Assembly (NCBI GenBank): GCA_004764695.1 | Contig: SMSO01000031.1 | Span: 100,436-164,435, forward strand | Direction: 5' to 3' | Length of the DNA: 64,000 bases | From: Schizochytrium sp. TIO01 | Lineage: Eukaryota > Protista > Bigyra: Labyrinthulomycetes | Shown here: in pieces, positions 33,001 to 44,100 of the stretch | Position numbering within the stretch: the stretch's first letter is position 1 | Layout: each line of letters starts with the position of its first letter | Made by a program: the position numbers and the translations under genes | The notes under the pieces: model-generated | The model's database searches: none | What the model saw: the letters and a program-made list of their open reading frames with translations, nothing else | What the model was told of the DNA's origin: nothing

Positions 33001-33092
33001 CTAACCTCACCTCCCCTCACCTAACCTCACCTAACCTAACCTAGCTCTCCTGTCCGACACCTCCTGTGTATTGTATTGTATTGTATTGTATT
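33001..33092. repeat. Compound pentamer microsatellites (CTAAC/CTCAC)n and (TGTAT)n
   Basis: Visible directly. Confidence 0.9.
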
Positions 33093-34051
33093 GGCATAAT
33101 ACATTCATCCTGCCTGTATCCAGACCCGAAACCCAATAACTCATATATCATCCTCTTTCTCTTTCTCCTGAGTTCGCCATCCTTGCCAGACTACCTCTGC
33201 ACGCTTTACAGCACAAGCTACTCTGCAATAGCCTTCATCACGAGAAAGAGGCATCATGGTACCAAGTCCATCTTATCTATCATACACTGTGAAAAATGCA
33301 CAACATCGAACTCCGCATAAAGAATCCCGGCAAAGCAACTTGGGCAGTACAAAGACACACAACCACGACGAATCGTGGCCGGAAACGTTAAGCAAAACAA
33401 GCGTTCACTTTTGCAAAATGCAGAGTTGACATTTCTGGCTAGAATTCATGCTCTCAATAAACATATAGAATCCCAACCGGGTTGCCTCTTTGAACCTCGC
33501 CAAGACAAACTTATTGGGATTGTTATGCCGAGGTAGGTATAAGTAGGTATGGACTTAGGGTTAGAGGATTTGGCCAGGTAGATAGGTATAGGTATAGATA
33601 ATGAATATAGGTACCTACCTGCTAGCAGTTCATTGTACTTATATTTGGGTTGATATTCTCAGCCGAATTTCTGCATGGAATTTTGAATTTCCGCTTTCAG
33701 AACTGCAAAAGCTGTCTCACGCTGTGAGACACCGTGAAGGGGCCGCGAGGCAGTGCAGACGTGGGAAGAAGGATACCGGTGGAAGCGGGGCCTGGGTGAC
33801 TGGAGAAAACTCTCAAAGTCAGCAACTTGCAGGAATTCCTCATCGCTGTTGTTCACTTCGTCTTCAGAAGTCTTGATTGACAAGGTCAAGATTGTCAACA
33901 ACTTGAACCAGGCTTCAGGTCAGACTGACTTTGGAATCTACGCGTCGAGAAGATCGTGAACGAATTGAGGAGTTTACATCCATAGAAAGCTTCGCTACAA
34001 GGCAATTTGTATAGTGTAAGGAGCAGCAGCTTTCTCGGTGGTTGGTTAGTT

Positions 34052-35965
34052 ATGGGCAACACAGCCTTCAGCGGACTCCCGCCTCCTGAGCCGACGGGTC
34101 CATCATGGGTCTTTGAAGATGAGCATTTGCAGGCTGCAGATGAAGAACTTTACACACCATCAGCATGTGTACATGAGACGGCTGATGTAAAAGGGAATTC
34201 CACATCTAGCATGACCCATGCAGGTATCTCTCCAGCAGAAACAATGGCTTCGCAAACTCAACCTGACGGCTATATCTTTAATGTTGGAAATTATCGACGA
34301 TCAGATATTATCACGCGTAAGCCAGAAACTGCGGAGTGGTTCCACAGGGGCATGAATTGGATGTTTGGCTTCCATCACGAGCACGCTATCTCTTGCTTTC
34401 GCAAGAGTCTGCAAATCGAGCCTGATTTTTGTATGGCTTGGTGGGCCATTGCACTATGCCATGGACCGAATTATAACGTTCACCAAAACAATGGATATTT
34501 CGAACTCAGCAAACAGGAGGATGGATTTCCCTCTCAAAAACGAGCCTACGAGGCAATCATAAAGGCTCATGAGTTTAGACGCAACGCTAATCGTGAGGGA
34601 CGCGCTCTTATTGAGGCCCTTCGAATCCGATGCATCTGGCCAGCGAGTGATTTTGCACCACTTCTTCTCGAACCGTATAGTCAAGCCATGCGCCTGGTTT
34701 TTCACGATTACCGCAACGATGCCGAGGTTGCCTGTCTCTTCGTTGACTCGCTTATGCAGCTGTCGCCATGGCAGCTTTATGACCGTCATACTGGACAGCA
34801 GGCTCCACAAACTAGCGAAATCAACGATATCCTTCTTGGAGCACTTGATCAATTTCCACGTCATCCAGGTATTCTTCATTTATACATCCACCTCAAGGAA
34901 ATGAGTCCTGACCCAGAGGTCGCACTCCCCATGACAAATATTTTACGAGACCCCAACGAAGTTCCTGATTTGGGTCATCTTAAGCACATGCCCACTCATA
35001 TTGATATGCTAGTGGGTCACTATTTGGAAGCTGTACAGGCCAGCGAACACGCGGTACGTGCCAACCTTCGTTACATCAAGTATGCACATGAAGTTGGCGA
35101 AGACTACTTCTTGTATATTGGTTATGTAGCCCACGATTTTCACATGTATGTTTATGCGGCGATGATGGCTGGCATGGAGGAAGTTTCTCGCAAGCAAGCC
35201 TTAGCCCTGCGTGGCTTTATTGAGGACTCTGTGAGTATTCACCGAACGCGAGCGGTTGACCTTGATCTCTTTCACGCAGTCTTCTTCCATGTTCTCATCC
35301 GCTTTGGTGCTTGGGAGGAAATCCTGCAGCAGGACTTTCATCCCGACGTAGAAGCCTTTTGTGCAAGCAATACAACCTTACGCTATGCTCGAGGGCTTGC
35401 TTTCGCAGCTCTTGGAAAATGCCAAAATGCTCGGGATGAGCAATCCATTTTTGAAAAGATGAGACCTGTTGAATCAGTACGTGTCCGTGTTCTTCACAAC
35501 AACAAATCAGAGCACCTTTTAGCGGTTAACTCCGCCATGCTAGAAGGTGAAATTTTATATCGCGAGGAGAAGTTTGAAAGCGCTTTTTCTCACCTTCGTC
35601 GGGCAGCTCACTTGGAAGAGTCGCTTGCCTACGACGAACCGTGGGGACAAATGCAGCCTATCCGTCATGCCCTTGGCGCGCTTTTACTTGAGCAAAATCG
35701 CATCCAGGAGGCCGAAGAGGTCTATCGGGCAGACCTCGCCAGGTATCCTAACAATATTTGGGCTCTCACAGGTCTTCGGGACTGCTTGCGTAAACAAGTT
35801 AGTAAGTCGTCTGGTCAACTTAATCAAGAAATTGAGTCTATTGAAGCTGCTTTAGAAGAGGGTTTAAAAACTGCTGACGTGAAAGTCGCTCATAGTTGTG
35901 CTTGTGCAGGCCGCTCATCTTGCTCAAGTAGCTCATCTTGCCACGCGCCCAAATCCTCAATTTAA
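34052..35965 (+). CDS. TPR-repeat protein of an uncharacterised bacterial/fungal His-rich family, about 637 aa
   Basis: First ATG is at 34052. WFHRG..W.FGFHHEHA, MAWWAIALCHGPNYN, HPGILHLYIHLKE, GHLKHMPTHID, LAYDEPWGQMQPIRHALGALL, YRADL..YPNNIWAL.GL, and a terminal AD...SCAC. Confidence 0.85.
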   Translation: MGNTAFSGLPPPEPTGPSWVFEDEHLQAADEELYTPSACVHETADVKGNSTSSMTHAGISPAETMASQTQPDGYIFNVGNYRRSDIITRKPETAEWFHRGMNWMFGFHHEHAISCFRKSLQIEPDFCMAWWAIALCHGPNYNVHQNNGYFELSKQEDGFPSQKRAYEAIIKAHEFRRNANREGRALIEALRIRCIWPASDFAPLLLEPYSQAMRLVFHDYRNDAEVACLFVDSLMQLSPWQLYDRHTGQQAPQTSEINDILLGALDQFPRHPGILHLYIHLKEMSPDPEVALPMTNILRDPNEVPDLGHLKHMPTHIDMLVGHYLEAVQASEHAVRANLRYIKYAHEVGEDYFLYIGYVAHDFHMYVYAAMMAGMEEVSRKQALALRGFIEDSVSIHRTRAVDLDLFHAVFFHVLIRFGAWEEILQQDFHPDVEAFCASNTTLRYARGLAFAALGKCQNARDEQSIFEKMRPVESVRVRVLHNNKSEHLLAVNSAMLEGEILYREEKFESAFSHLRRAAHLEESLAYDEPWGQMQPIRHALGALLLEQNRIQEAEEVYRADLARYPNNIWALTGLRDCLRKQVSKSSGQLNQEIESIEAALEEGLKTADVKVAHSCACAGRSSCSSSSSCHAPKSSI

Positions 35966-36556
35966 TAATAAGAAACATTTTTCTTTTCTTTTTAACTAAG
36001 ATAAAGTCAGTTCTTCTTACTGTAACTCATCACCTTGTCTTTTCTACGGATGCACTGGCTTAAATGCACCTGCTACACAATAACGAAATGTATGCTTATT
36101 TCGTATCGAGTTCGACCCGCAGCTCTGTTTCGCTACCACTTATGCTATGCAATCCGAATGCTTTTGTTTGAGTCTGTCTTGCATATCTCAAAAGTAAGAC
36201 GAAGTAGCGTAGGGAAATCTGCCCCAGCACTGCCCAGATTGGACCCATCAGCATCGTAACTGTCTAGCACTCCTCACATAACAATACAGAATCTCTTTTC
36301 CCCAACATGTTTTCAACACGCACATTCAATATCATCCTCATAGTATTCTTCGAAGCAGATGCAGCGACTTGCCACTTTCAGCCACAGTCGTCAGTCCTTG
36401 TAGTCGGGAAGTGTTATCATGTGCCGCACGTGAAAACCAAACTATGAAGACTCTCACAGTTATCAGGAGAGAAACTCGGCGAAAGACCTAGGAGTTGATA
36501 GTAATGGAACTATTGGCGTTTCGCGCACCGTGCACATTCTAAAAATTAGTAAATAA

Positions 36557-39500
36557 ATGTGTGAACAAAACCAAGAAGCAAACGCAAGCATTGCACTCAA
36601 GGTTGAGAAAGCCTGCGGACAACGATCCGCTATGGTGGTGCACGGCGTGCCTGACCTCGTGCGCGGGCAGGCGCGCCGCTGCTCGTGCGTGGTGCCGAAT
36701 GTGTTCGTGCACAGCGCGGCTTCAAGTGGCCTTGACGAACGTGACGTAGAGGTTCAGAATGATGAACAACCTGGGGAAGTCGACGCAGGCCTACGCGAGG
36801 AGCAACAAAAAAACAGTAAATTTGCAGACCATTGGCAGAAAAAGACTCCTGTCAGCGCGGACTCGAGATCCTTCAAACTGGGAATGGAAATGTTTGCAAG
36901 AAGACCTCAAGAGGCTGTGCATTACTGGGCCGAGACTGGTGTCTTGGGAGTTGAGAACCCTTGTGATGCAGCAATTGCAAAATTTCTTTATGAACACCGT
37001 GAACTTGACCGAGCAGCGCTTTGGGAGTTTCTGGCGCCTTCAAAGCCGGTCCTTGAAGCATTTGTACGTCTTTTTGATATTCGGGACCGACCTCTTGACG
37101 AAGCCATGCGCGAGGTGTTTGGCACGATGGGATTATTTGCACATCGCAGAGATGGCGCTGCCGATGAGCTCGGTATCGGTTCACCAGGGGTCAGTGGAAG
37201 CTCGTGGGGTCATCGCGCCGGGCCAAAGTCTATCGGATCCCTTTCTAAGAGATCGTCACAGCAATCCAAACGCACGAACAGACGATTCTCGGTTAGCCTA
37301 TCCCGCCGCGCATCCTTTTCTACCTGCTCGCGAAGCTTGGACGATGCCACGAGCACCGCATTTGGCTCTGAAAATGGAAATTCTATGGACGGAGACTTTG
37401 ACTTTGACGGGGAAGATACGTGGCGAACTCCTGACCGAACCCTGCAAGAAAATCGTCGTGTTGCCTTTCGCGTCTTCTCAAATTGGTATTGGGCTTTGAA
37501 CGAAGATATCATCAGCGCTTGGTACATGGATGCAAATGTCATCTTTGCTGTAGTCCTGCAGCTCGCAAGTGTTAGTGAGAGTCGCATCGCTCATGTGGAT
37601 CGTCGCCGGGCCACACGAGGCCACGCTACACATGATGCAGACCTAGAGGCTGCTGGTCTAGATTTTATAGAGACATGCCAAAACATCATGATGTCCCTTG
37701 GGGCGCCTCGTCTCAGAGAAGAAATGTTGTGGTCCATCTTTGAGCGTGTCTATACCCAGCCTTTCACTCCCCTACCCTGTATCTCATATACATTACATGA
37801 TTCACTACCGTCTTCGCCCAGGGCTTCTGTTGACGAAGGCCCTGACGAACCTGATAATCCATCCACAGGCGCATGCAAAGGCTATCTTTGGTTACCTGCA
37901 CTCAATTTCTTGCCGAACCCGTCAACCCGGCGCTGGGTTGTGCTTGTTGACTGGGTTCTTTACGTGTATAGCACTACTAGTGAACCAAAAGAGCTATTAT
38001 TCATTGCACCTCTTAATAACGTTGAGCCGGAATTGTTCCTCCCTAGTGGCGTGAGTTTAAATGGTACCATTAAACTTGCTCTCGCAAAAGGAATTAAGGA
38101 GGAGGCAGCAGCGGCCTCTACAACACAGACTTCTCGTCGCAAAAAAACGCATAATTGGCTTTCGAAAATGCGTCTTCCACTAAATAGTAGCAAACGCAAC
38201 ATGCAAAAGGATCGCGAGCGAGCCTGTCAACTGGATGGACCAACGCTCATGTCTCCATCACATGCCCCCTTTTCTAAAGCACATGGTCCCACAACTAAAT
38301 CGACTTCATCAGGCTCTCCAACGACGTCTTCGAATAGAAAAGCAGCAGCGCCGGTCATGATGCACGAGCTAAAGCTTGAAGCAGCTACTCCCTCTGATGC
38401 ACAACGCTGGTTAGATGCTTTTCGTGGGGGGCTACATTCCTCAACTGGTGCTCAAAGTGCAGAGTTCGCTGCTAACATGGAGCGGTATTGCCAAGAAGAT
38501 GCCGCAGCAGCTGCTGGGGCTTCCAAGTCTACTTCCCCAGCCAAAACAAAGATTCTTCACGAGCTGGAATGGGCAAAGAGACGCGGGGATTTGGTGCAAG
38601 GAAAGTTGTGGATAAAAAAGCCCGCATTTAAAAACAAAGAAGTAGCTCAAGGTAAAGAGCTCAAGGCACTAGATGAGCTATACACTTCCAGATTTACTGA
38701 ACGGTATTGCTCGCTGTTAGGTAATCAATTTGTGGTGTCCCACGATGCAACCGCGCTTGACCACCATGGTGTTATTGACCTTAGTAAATTACGTATGCTA
38801 GTGCCTACCAACAATAAGTGGGCAAAAGAAAAAGAACTGTTTCCCTTCGAGCTTGTGGATAGTAACCTCCATGTCTTGTGCGCTTGCGCCGCAAGTTCAC
38901 TGAAAGACTATGTGCTTTGGTTTAATGCGTTTACTCCACTTCTCCCATCCAAAGGTCGAGCAAAGCAGAACCCACAAGAGAACGATGCTGCGGTGGGTAA
39001 AGAACCAAGACAAAGTTACCAAGACAATGCAGTTGCTGTGCTATTGGATGAAACAGGGAATAGGAACATTATTACTCAAGACGTAGATTATTTGGACCAG
39101 AATTCTGATCAAGATGAACAAGACTCGGTTTATAGCGGGCTAAGTAGCAATAATGAGGAAGAAGAAGACAATGACCAACACGGATATCAACATGATCAAG
39201 CTAAAGACTGTGTTGTACCCCAAGATTTCCTTGCGTCTGACGAACCACCCGCCCCAGCACGCCCCAGTGCAAGAGCTCCATCCCCACGTGATCCTCCCAT
39301 GCACTCCTCGTATCCTCGCGAAGCGCAAACTTCCTCACATTCTCGCACTTCCATGTCTCTTCGGGACGGTGCTGCTGCGTACTTTCATCAGGAAGAAGAG
39401 GAAATGAAAGAAGTTGATGACTTAAACTCATCGAAAGAAAGCCAAGCACCGTCACGGGTAGCGCAAATGTCAACACGCTCATTACAGCAAACCACATATC

Positions 39501-40240
39501 AATCACTGTATCAAGAACAACCCCAACAAGAAACGCAGTCTTCCCAATGCGCTGCAGACGAAGTGATAGGAACGAATGATAGTGAATCTGTTGTCTCAGA
39601 AGTTGACTCTGGCAGTAACGGATTAGCTAGTCTTCCGCAAACAATTGATGACATAACATCTGCGTATGCAAATATAATTGGCAAGGCTACGGCTCTCTTG
39701 AATCGTGAGATCGAAAGTTCTCAGGATTATACCTCAGTCTCTTTCACCGCACCGTTACCTTCTCTAAACCCTGATTTGTACCCTGACGATGCCTTTTCTG
39801 AAGACACGAGAACTCCTGATAATAGAGATGCCTACTTTCCTTCAGAAACACCCCCGTTTTCGGAACAAGCATCGTTTGATTCTCTTCCTAAACAAGAAAA
39901 GAAACGGCGTCGAGAAAACACTCCCCAGGCTATGCTCAATGGATCATCGTTTGCATCCGTTGCCTCTTCAGCTACCTTTGCATCAAGCAAAACTGCTCCG
40001 TCTTCTTTGGGAACTTCTCAGAGAACTGTGTACAATGTTGACGAGGTTCCCACCTCACCTACTGAATATTCGTATTACTTGCCAAGATACGGTACTCCTC
40101 AAACGGAAGACGACTCAAGTTCGCTACAATCATCATATTTAAGATACCCAGACCCATCACTACAAGAATATGACTCTGGATATAATTCTCGCCCCCCTAT
40201 GCGTGCAACACCACCTGCGCCACCATACAGTTATCGCTAG
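36557..40240 (+). CDS. Cytohesin-like protein: degenerate Sec7 domain, two PH domains and a long disordered tail, 1227 aa
   Basis: Sec7 N-half (IAKFL...LDRAALWEFL...VLEAFVRLFD..PLDEAMREVF). PH1 (KGYLW..RRWVVLVDWVLYVY..IAPLNNV..LEAATPSDAQRWLDAF) and PH2 (QGKLWIK..ERYCSL..HGVIDLS..AASS..DYVLWFNAF). Confidence 0.8.
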   Translation: MCEQNQEANASIALKVEKACGQRSAMVVHGVPDLVRGQARRCSCVVPNVFVHSAASSGLDERDVEVQNDEQPGEVDAGLREEQQKNSKFADHWQKKTPVSADSRSFKLGMEMFARRPQEAVHYWAETGVLGVENPCDAAIAKFLYEHRELDRAALWEFLAPSKPVLEAFVRLFDIRDRPLDEAMREVFGTMGLFAHRRDGAADELGIGSPGVSGSSWGHRAGPKSIGSLSKRSSQQSKRTNRRFSVSLSRRASFSTCSRSLDDATSTAFGSENGNSMDGDFDFDGEDTWRTPDRTLQENRRVAFRVFSNWYWALNEDIISAWYMDANVIFAVVLQLASVSESRIAHVDRRRATRGHATHDADLEAAGLDFIETCQNIMMSLGAPRLREEMLWSIFERVYTQPFTPLPCISYTLHDSLPSSPRASVDEGPDEPDNPSTGACKGYLWLPALNFLPNPSTRRWVVLVDWVLYVYSTTSEPKELLFIAPLNNVEPELFLPSGVSLNGTIKLALAKGIKEEAAAASTTQTSRRKKTHNWLSKMRLPLNSSKRNMQKDRERACQLDGPTLMSPSHAPFSKAHGPTTKSTSSGSPTTSSNRKAAAPVMMHELKLEAATPSDAQRWLDAFRGGLHSSTGAQSAEFAANMERYCQEDAAAAAGASKSTSPAKTKILHELEWAKRRGDLVQGKLWIKKPAFKNKEVAQGKELKALDELYTSRFTERYCSLLGNQFVVSHDATALDHHGVIDLSKLRMLVPTNNKWAKEKELFPFELVDSNLHVLCACAASSLKDYVLWFNAFTPLLPSKGRAKQNPQENDAAVGKEPRQSYQDNAVAVLLDETGNRNIITQDVDYLDQNSDQDEQDSVYSGLSSNNEEEEDNDQHGYQHDQAKDCVVPQDFLASDEPPAPARPSARAPSPRDPPMHSSYPREAQTSSHSRTSMSLRDGAAAYFHQEEEEMKEVDDLNSSKESQAPSRVAQMSTRSLQQTTYQSLYQEQPQQETQSSQCAADEVIGTNDSESVVSEVDSGSNGLASLPQTIDDITSAYANIIGKATALLNREIESSQDYTSVSFTAPLPSLNPDLYPDDAFSEDTRTPDNRDAYFPSETPPFSEQASFDSLPKQEKKRRRENTPQAMLNGSSFASVASSATFASSKTAPSSLGTSQRTVYNVDEVPTSPTEYSYYLPRYGTPQTEDDSSSLQSSYLRYPDPSLQEYDSGYNSRPPMRATPPAPPYSYR

Positions 40241-41153
40241 GTTTTATGCTAATATGCCCTTCCCGCAAGAACGAATGGCAAACCTGCATCTGTATATTTC
40301 CGATCAAAGGTTCTAGCAGTATTAGTCTTTCTTGCAAACGATTCGGTTTGCCTCCCTAAACTTTGACGGATTAACAGCACACCAACGATTTTTTGATAAA
40401 ACATGAAGCAACTTTCACTGAGTTTCTGTTGTAAAAGGCGTGCCATGACCCTCCTGCTCTCAGATTCTACATAACTCAAAGGAGAATATTAAGTCCAACC
40501 AGTAGCTGCTCCCGCTTCTATGAGAAGAAATAACAAGTAGCAATAGTGAAGGAGGCACAAGCCAAAAAAACTAATATTATTCAGACAAGGAAAAGCCATC
40601 TCAGAACATGTCAAGTTCCTCCCTTATGGTAACGATTTTTTCACAACCGCTCTCAGAATTTTAAAATCATTACCTCAATGTAAATTTCACCCCAACTGAG
40701 ACTGCTTAATATCTCTGCAAATTCCTTAAGAGCTCAGGTTCTAGTAGCTATTGCTAGAAGGTGGAAGGAAACAACCATATTCCTATTCCACCATATGTTA
40801 CCTAATTAAAAAATTTAATTAAAATTTCATTCCCCAAACATAGTAAGTAGTGCTACGATCCTCCTTTTTCTTTTCTTTTTCTTGTGCATTCCCAACGGTC
40901 ATTAAAAATTGCACTGCCTAAGAGTGAGCTTTTGGGCTTTAATGACGCCACGTGAAATGAAATGAATGTTGGACTTGGGCCACTGCAATCAATCTCTTGC
41001 AAGAACAGAACTTGCCGAGTGGGGGTTGCTCGGCGGCGTGCGGGCGGGAACTTGGCCTTCTGCCCGAGGTGGAGAACGAGGCAATTCTAAATACTACTGG
41101 CCGAGAAGAAGGCCAGGCCAGAAGAGGTATAGCGTTAAGACGACGGCTCCATA

Positions 41154-44100
41154 ATGAGCCAAAGGGGAAGCGCACGCAATTCGCTTTCAGAAGGCGATCG
41201 TGTGCTGGCACATTTTAGAGGAAACGTGGACGCCAAGGAATATCCTGGAGTGGTGAAGAGAGTCCATAATAATGGGGCTATCGATGTAGCTTATGATGAT
41301 GGTGACTTCGACAAAGCACTGCCAGCTTCCGTGGTACGACCTGCAAACCAGGGCAAAACAAGTCCTCGACGTGCACGCACTCAAAGTCGAGAACCCGACT
41401 CATCGTCAGCTGATGATACAACAGGAAATGTATCTCTTGCTAAAGGTGATCGGGTTCTGTGCAGGTTTCGAGGCAAAGGTGATGAGTACCCGGGTACAAT
41501 CACACATGTGTACACCCGCACAGGGTCTATTGACGTGGCCTATGACGATGGAGATAAGGACATCCGCATTCCTATATCTGCTGCTCGTCCTTTAGAACAG
41601 CGAGCAAAACCGAGATCAGGGAGATCTCCACGGCAACATGATGGAATTGAGGAGGAGGTACTAAGTGAAGAAACTAGAGCACCAAAAAGCAGATCGCCAC
41701 GTCGTAGCAGAACTACTAGCTCTTCACGAGGGCGCTGGAAAGTTGGGACCCCTGTTCTAGCCCGATTCCGAGGAAAACCAAATGCGAAAGAATATCCGGG
41801 AAAGATTGCAAAAGTACACGGTGATGGAACCCTAGATATTCATTACGATGATGGAGATGTAGATCAGCACATGGACCCTCAATTTGTCACAATGAGGAAT
41901 AGCTCAGATGTGTCACAAAGTGAAGAAGAGGAGGAAGGTGAAGATTCAAACAACGAGGAGAATCAGAATAGGCACAATCACGCAAACTCTGGTGAAAAGG
42001 ACAAACCATGCAAGTTAGTAGAGAGACTAGCTCAGGCAATCTTACAATCAGAGACGTTTGCACCAGGTGCCCAGGTTATTGTGATGCAAGCAGGGCAGTC
42101 TCGATCAGGTGGAAGGCGGCGATCTCAATCGGGAGTCATTGACGGTGTAGATAAACGAGGCAGCTCATTAACAGTGACACTTGAAGATGGAACAACTTTA
42201 AACAATGTGCCGACATCAGACGTTCAACTTGATAATGCAAGTGCAGTTTCTTGGCAACGTCTTCGAACTCTTCTTAAAAATTCTTGTGAGGATGATCGTG
42301 GATCTACCTTGCCTCGTACGGGTCTCGTTGCTGCTCTCAGTGATGCGCTAAACATGCGCATCTCCAAGCGTGAGTCACTCCAGGCCGTAGAATGCTTCCC
42401 GAGCTCAGATCGAAATTCAAAAGATTCTATTAATTTGCGTGGATTCCTCGCAGCGATCAAAAATGCTCTTGATGATCTTAAAAGGGCAACAGAGCACACT
42501 GGCAGAGGAGATGACCGAAGTGAAGAGTCCGAGGTTACCACCCCTGCATCGCCGGCCCTACGATACGCGTTGAGTGCACTCATTTTGCAAGGTACAGACC
42601 AAAGTAAAACCTTGAAGAAGCTTCTTGGAAAGCGCTTCACCATTTCCGAGTTCCGAGATATTTTAGAAAGCATTGGGGCAAAAAAATCTCTCATTAACGC
42701 AGCAGGTTTAGCATGGATTCATCAAGGATTAGATGTGCGTGGCGATGGAACTGTGTCTGGTGAAGACTTTCTGTACTTCGCTAGTTGCATGAATGTAAGA
42801 GTAAACCAAAGTAGCTATGAAGCTTTGGATCGAGCGCGAACAAGGTTGCAGGCTAAAAATGGGACCGAAAAGATTCTACGTAATCTTTACAAAGAGTTTG
42901 AAAGAGCTGACTCAAACAATTCTCAATCACTTGACATCAAAGCGGCGAGAGCAATCTTGCTTACGGCAGGAATCGAGAAAAGGGATGTGGAGGGTATTCT
43001 TAAAATTGATTTTACCACTGCGAAGGATGTTCTCTCAAAGGCTCAGAAAAAACGTGGAAAAGGAGGACAATCTTCAGAGGAAGACTCAGACGACTCAAGT
43101 GGTTCAGATGACGCCACGGGCACTGCTCAGCTCAACAAAACAAACACACTGCGTGGAAGCAAAATGTCAATTAATAACTGGCGTCTCATGAAGAGAAGCG
43201 GGCCAAGTACTTTCGATTATAATCCTTTCATTGGAGCCATGGCGGTGCCTGGAATGAGCGAAACCCAACTCCAAGCGACTATCCAGCCCATTTTTAAGAC
43301 GCCTAACTCTTCAGAATGGTTATCAAAGCTCGCTAAAAAGAAAGTATTACCTGAAGCAACTTGTATCGAACAGCTGACCAATCGATTTGGTCTGATATGC
43401 ACTCCTGAGGTACTTTCCCGTTGCGCATATCACGCCAAAGCACTCCAAGCAAAGTCGCAAGATGGATCACAAATTGATACAGGGATTCTGCGAAAATGGC
43501 TTGTAAAAATGGATGTATGCACTGCCAAAAGTGGGCGTGTGAAGAAGTCTGTGCTTGCCCATTACCGAAAGTATCTGGGAAACGATGCCAAGAAGATCAA
43601 TGCGTTGCTTCAGAAATATCGCAAAAATGGGCAAGGCAAAGATGAAGACGAGACGAAAAATAGCGATAGTGAAAGTGATAGTGATGCAGGCCGTTCTAGC
43701 CCAAAGGCATGGCTAGCGCGTGCAGAATTTATGAAAATGGTGGAAACTGAGAAACCAAAAATGATGAAGGAGCCCGCGCTTGTCCGTGGCGGACTTGAAC
43801 TTTTTGGCATTGGCCCGGAAGGTAGTGTAGATGTACGTTCATTAACACGAGCACTCAGCTCTGGGGACTCAGGAGAAGAATCAGATGTTTCAGATGATGG
43901 TGATAAGAAATCTGAGGAAGATGCAACAAGCAGTGAGGGCGATTCTGAAAGCTCCGAGGACTCTGGTTCGGATTCAGATACCCAAGGCAGCAGCAAAGGG
44001 GAAGTTTTCTTGGCTACACAGGCACGAAAGCACATTCTCAAAGCAACACAGAAAAAGCTGCCAAAGGGATCCAAGGATCCAGCAAAGGCTTTAGCTAAGG

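Noticed and set aside
33555-33566. TTAGGGTTAG telomere-like motif
   Set aside because: Under two repeat units; expected by chance.
34052-34075. N-myristoylation of the TPR protein (MGNTAFS)
   Set aside because: Position 6 is Phe rather than Ser/Thr; too weak to call.
36100-36125. GAGTTCGACCC as a tRNA T-loop
   Set aside because: Flanks do not pair and there is no cloverleaf.
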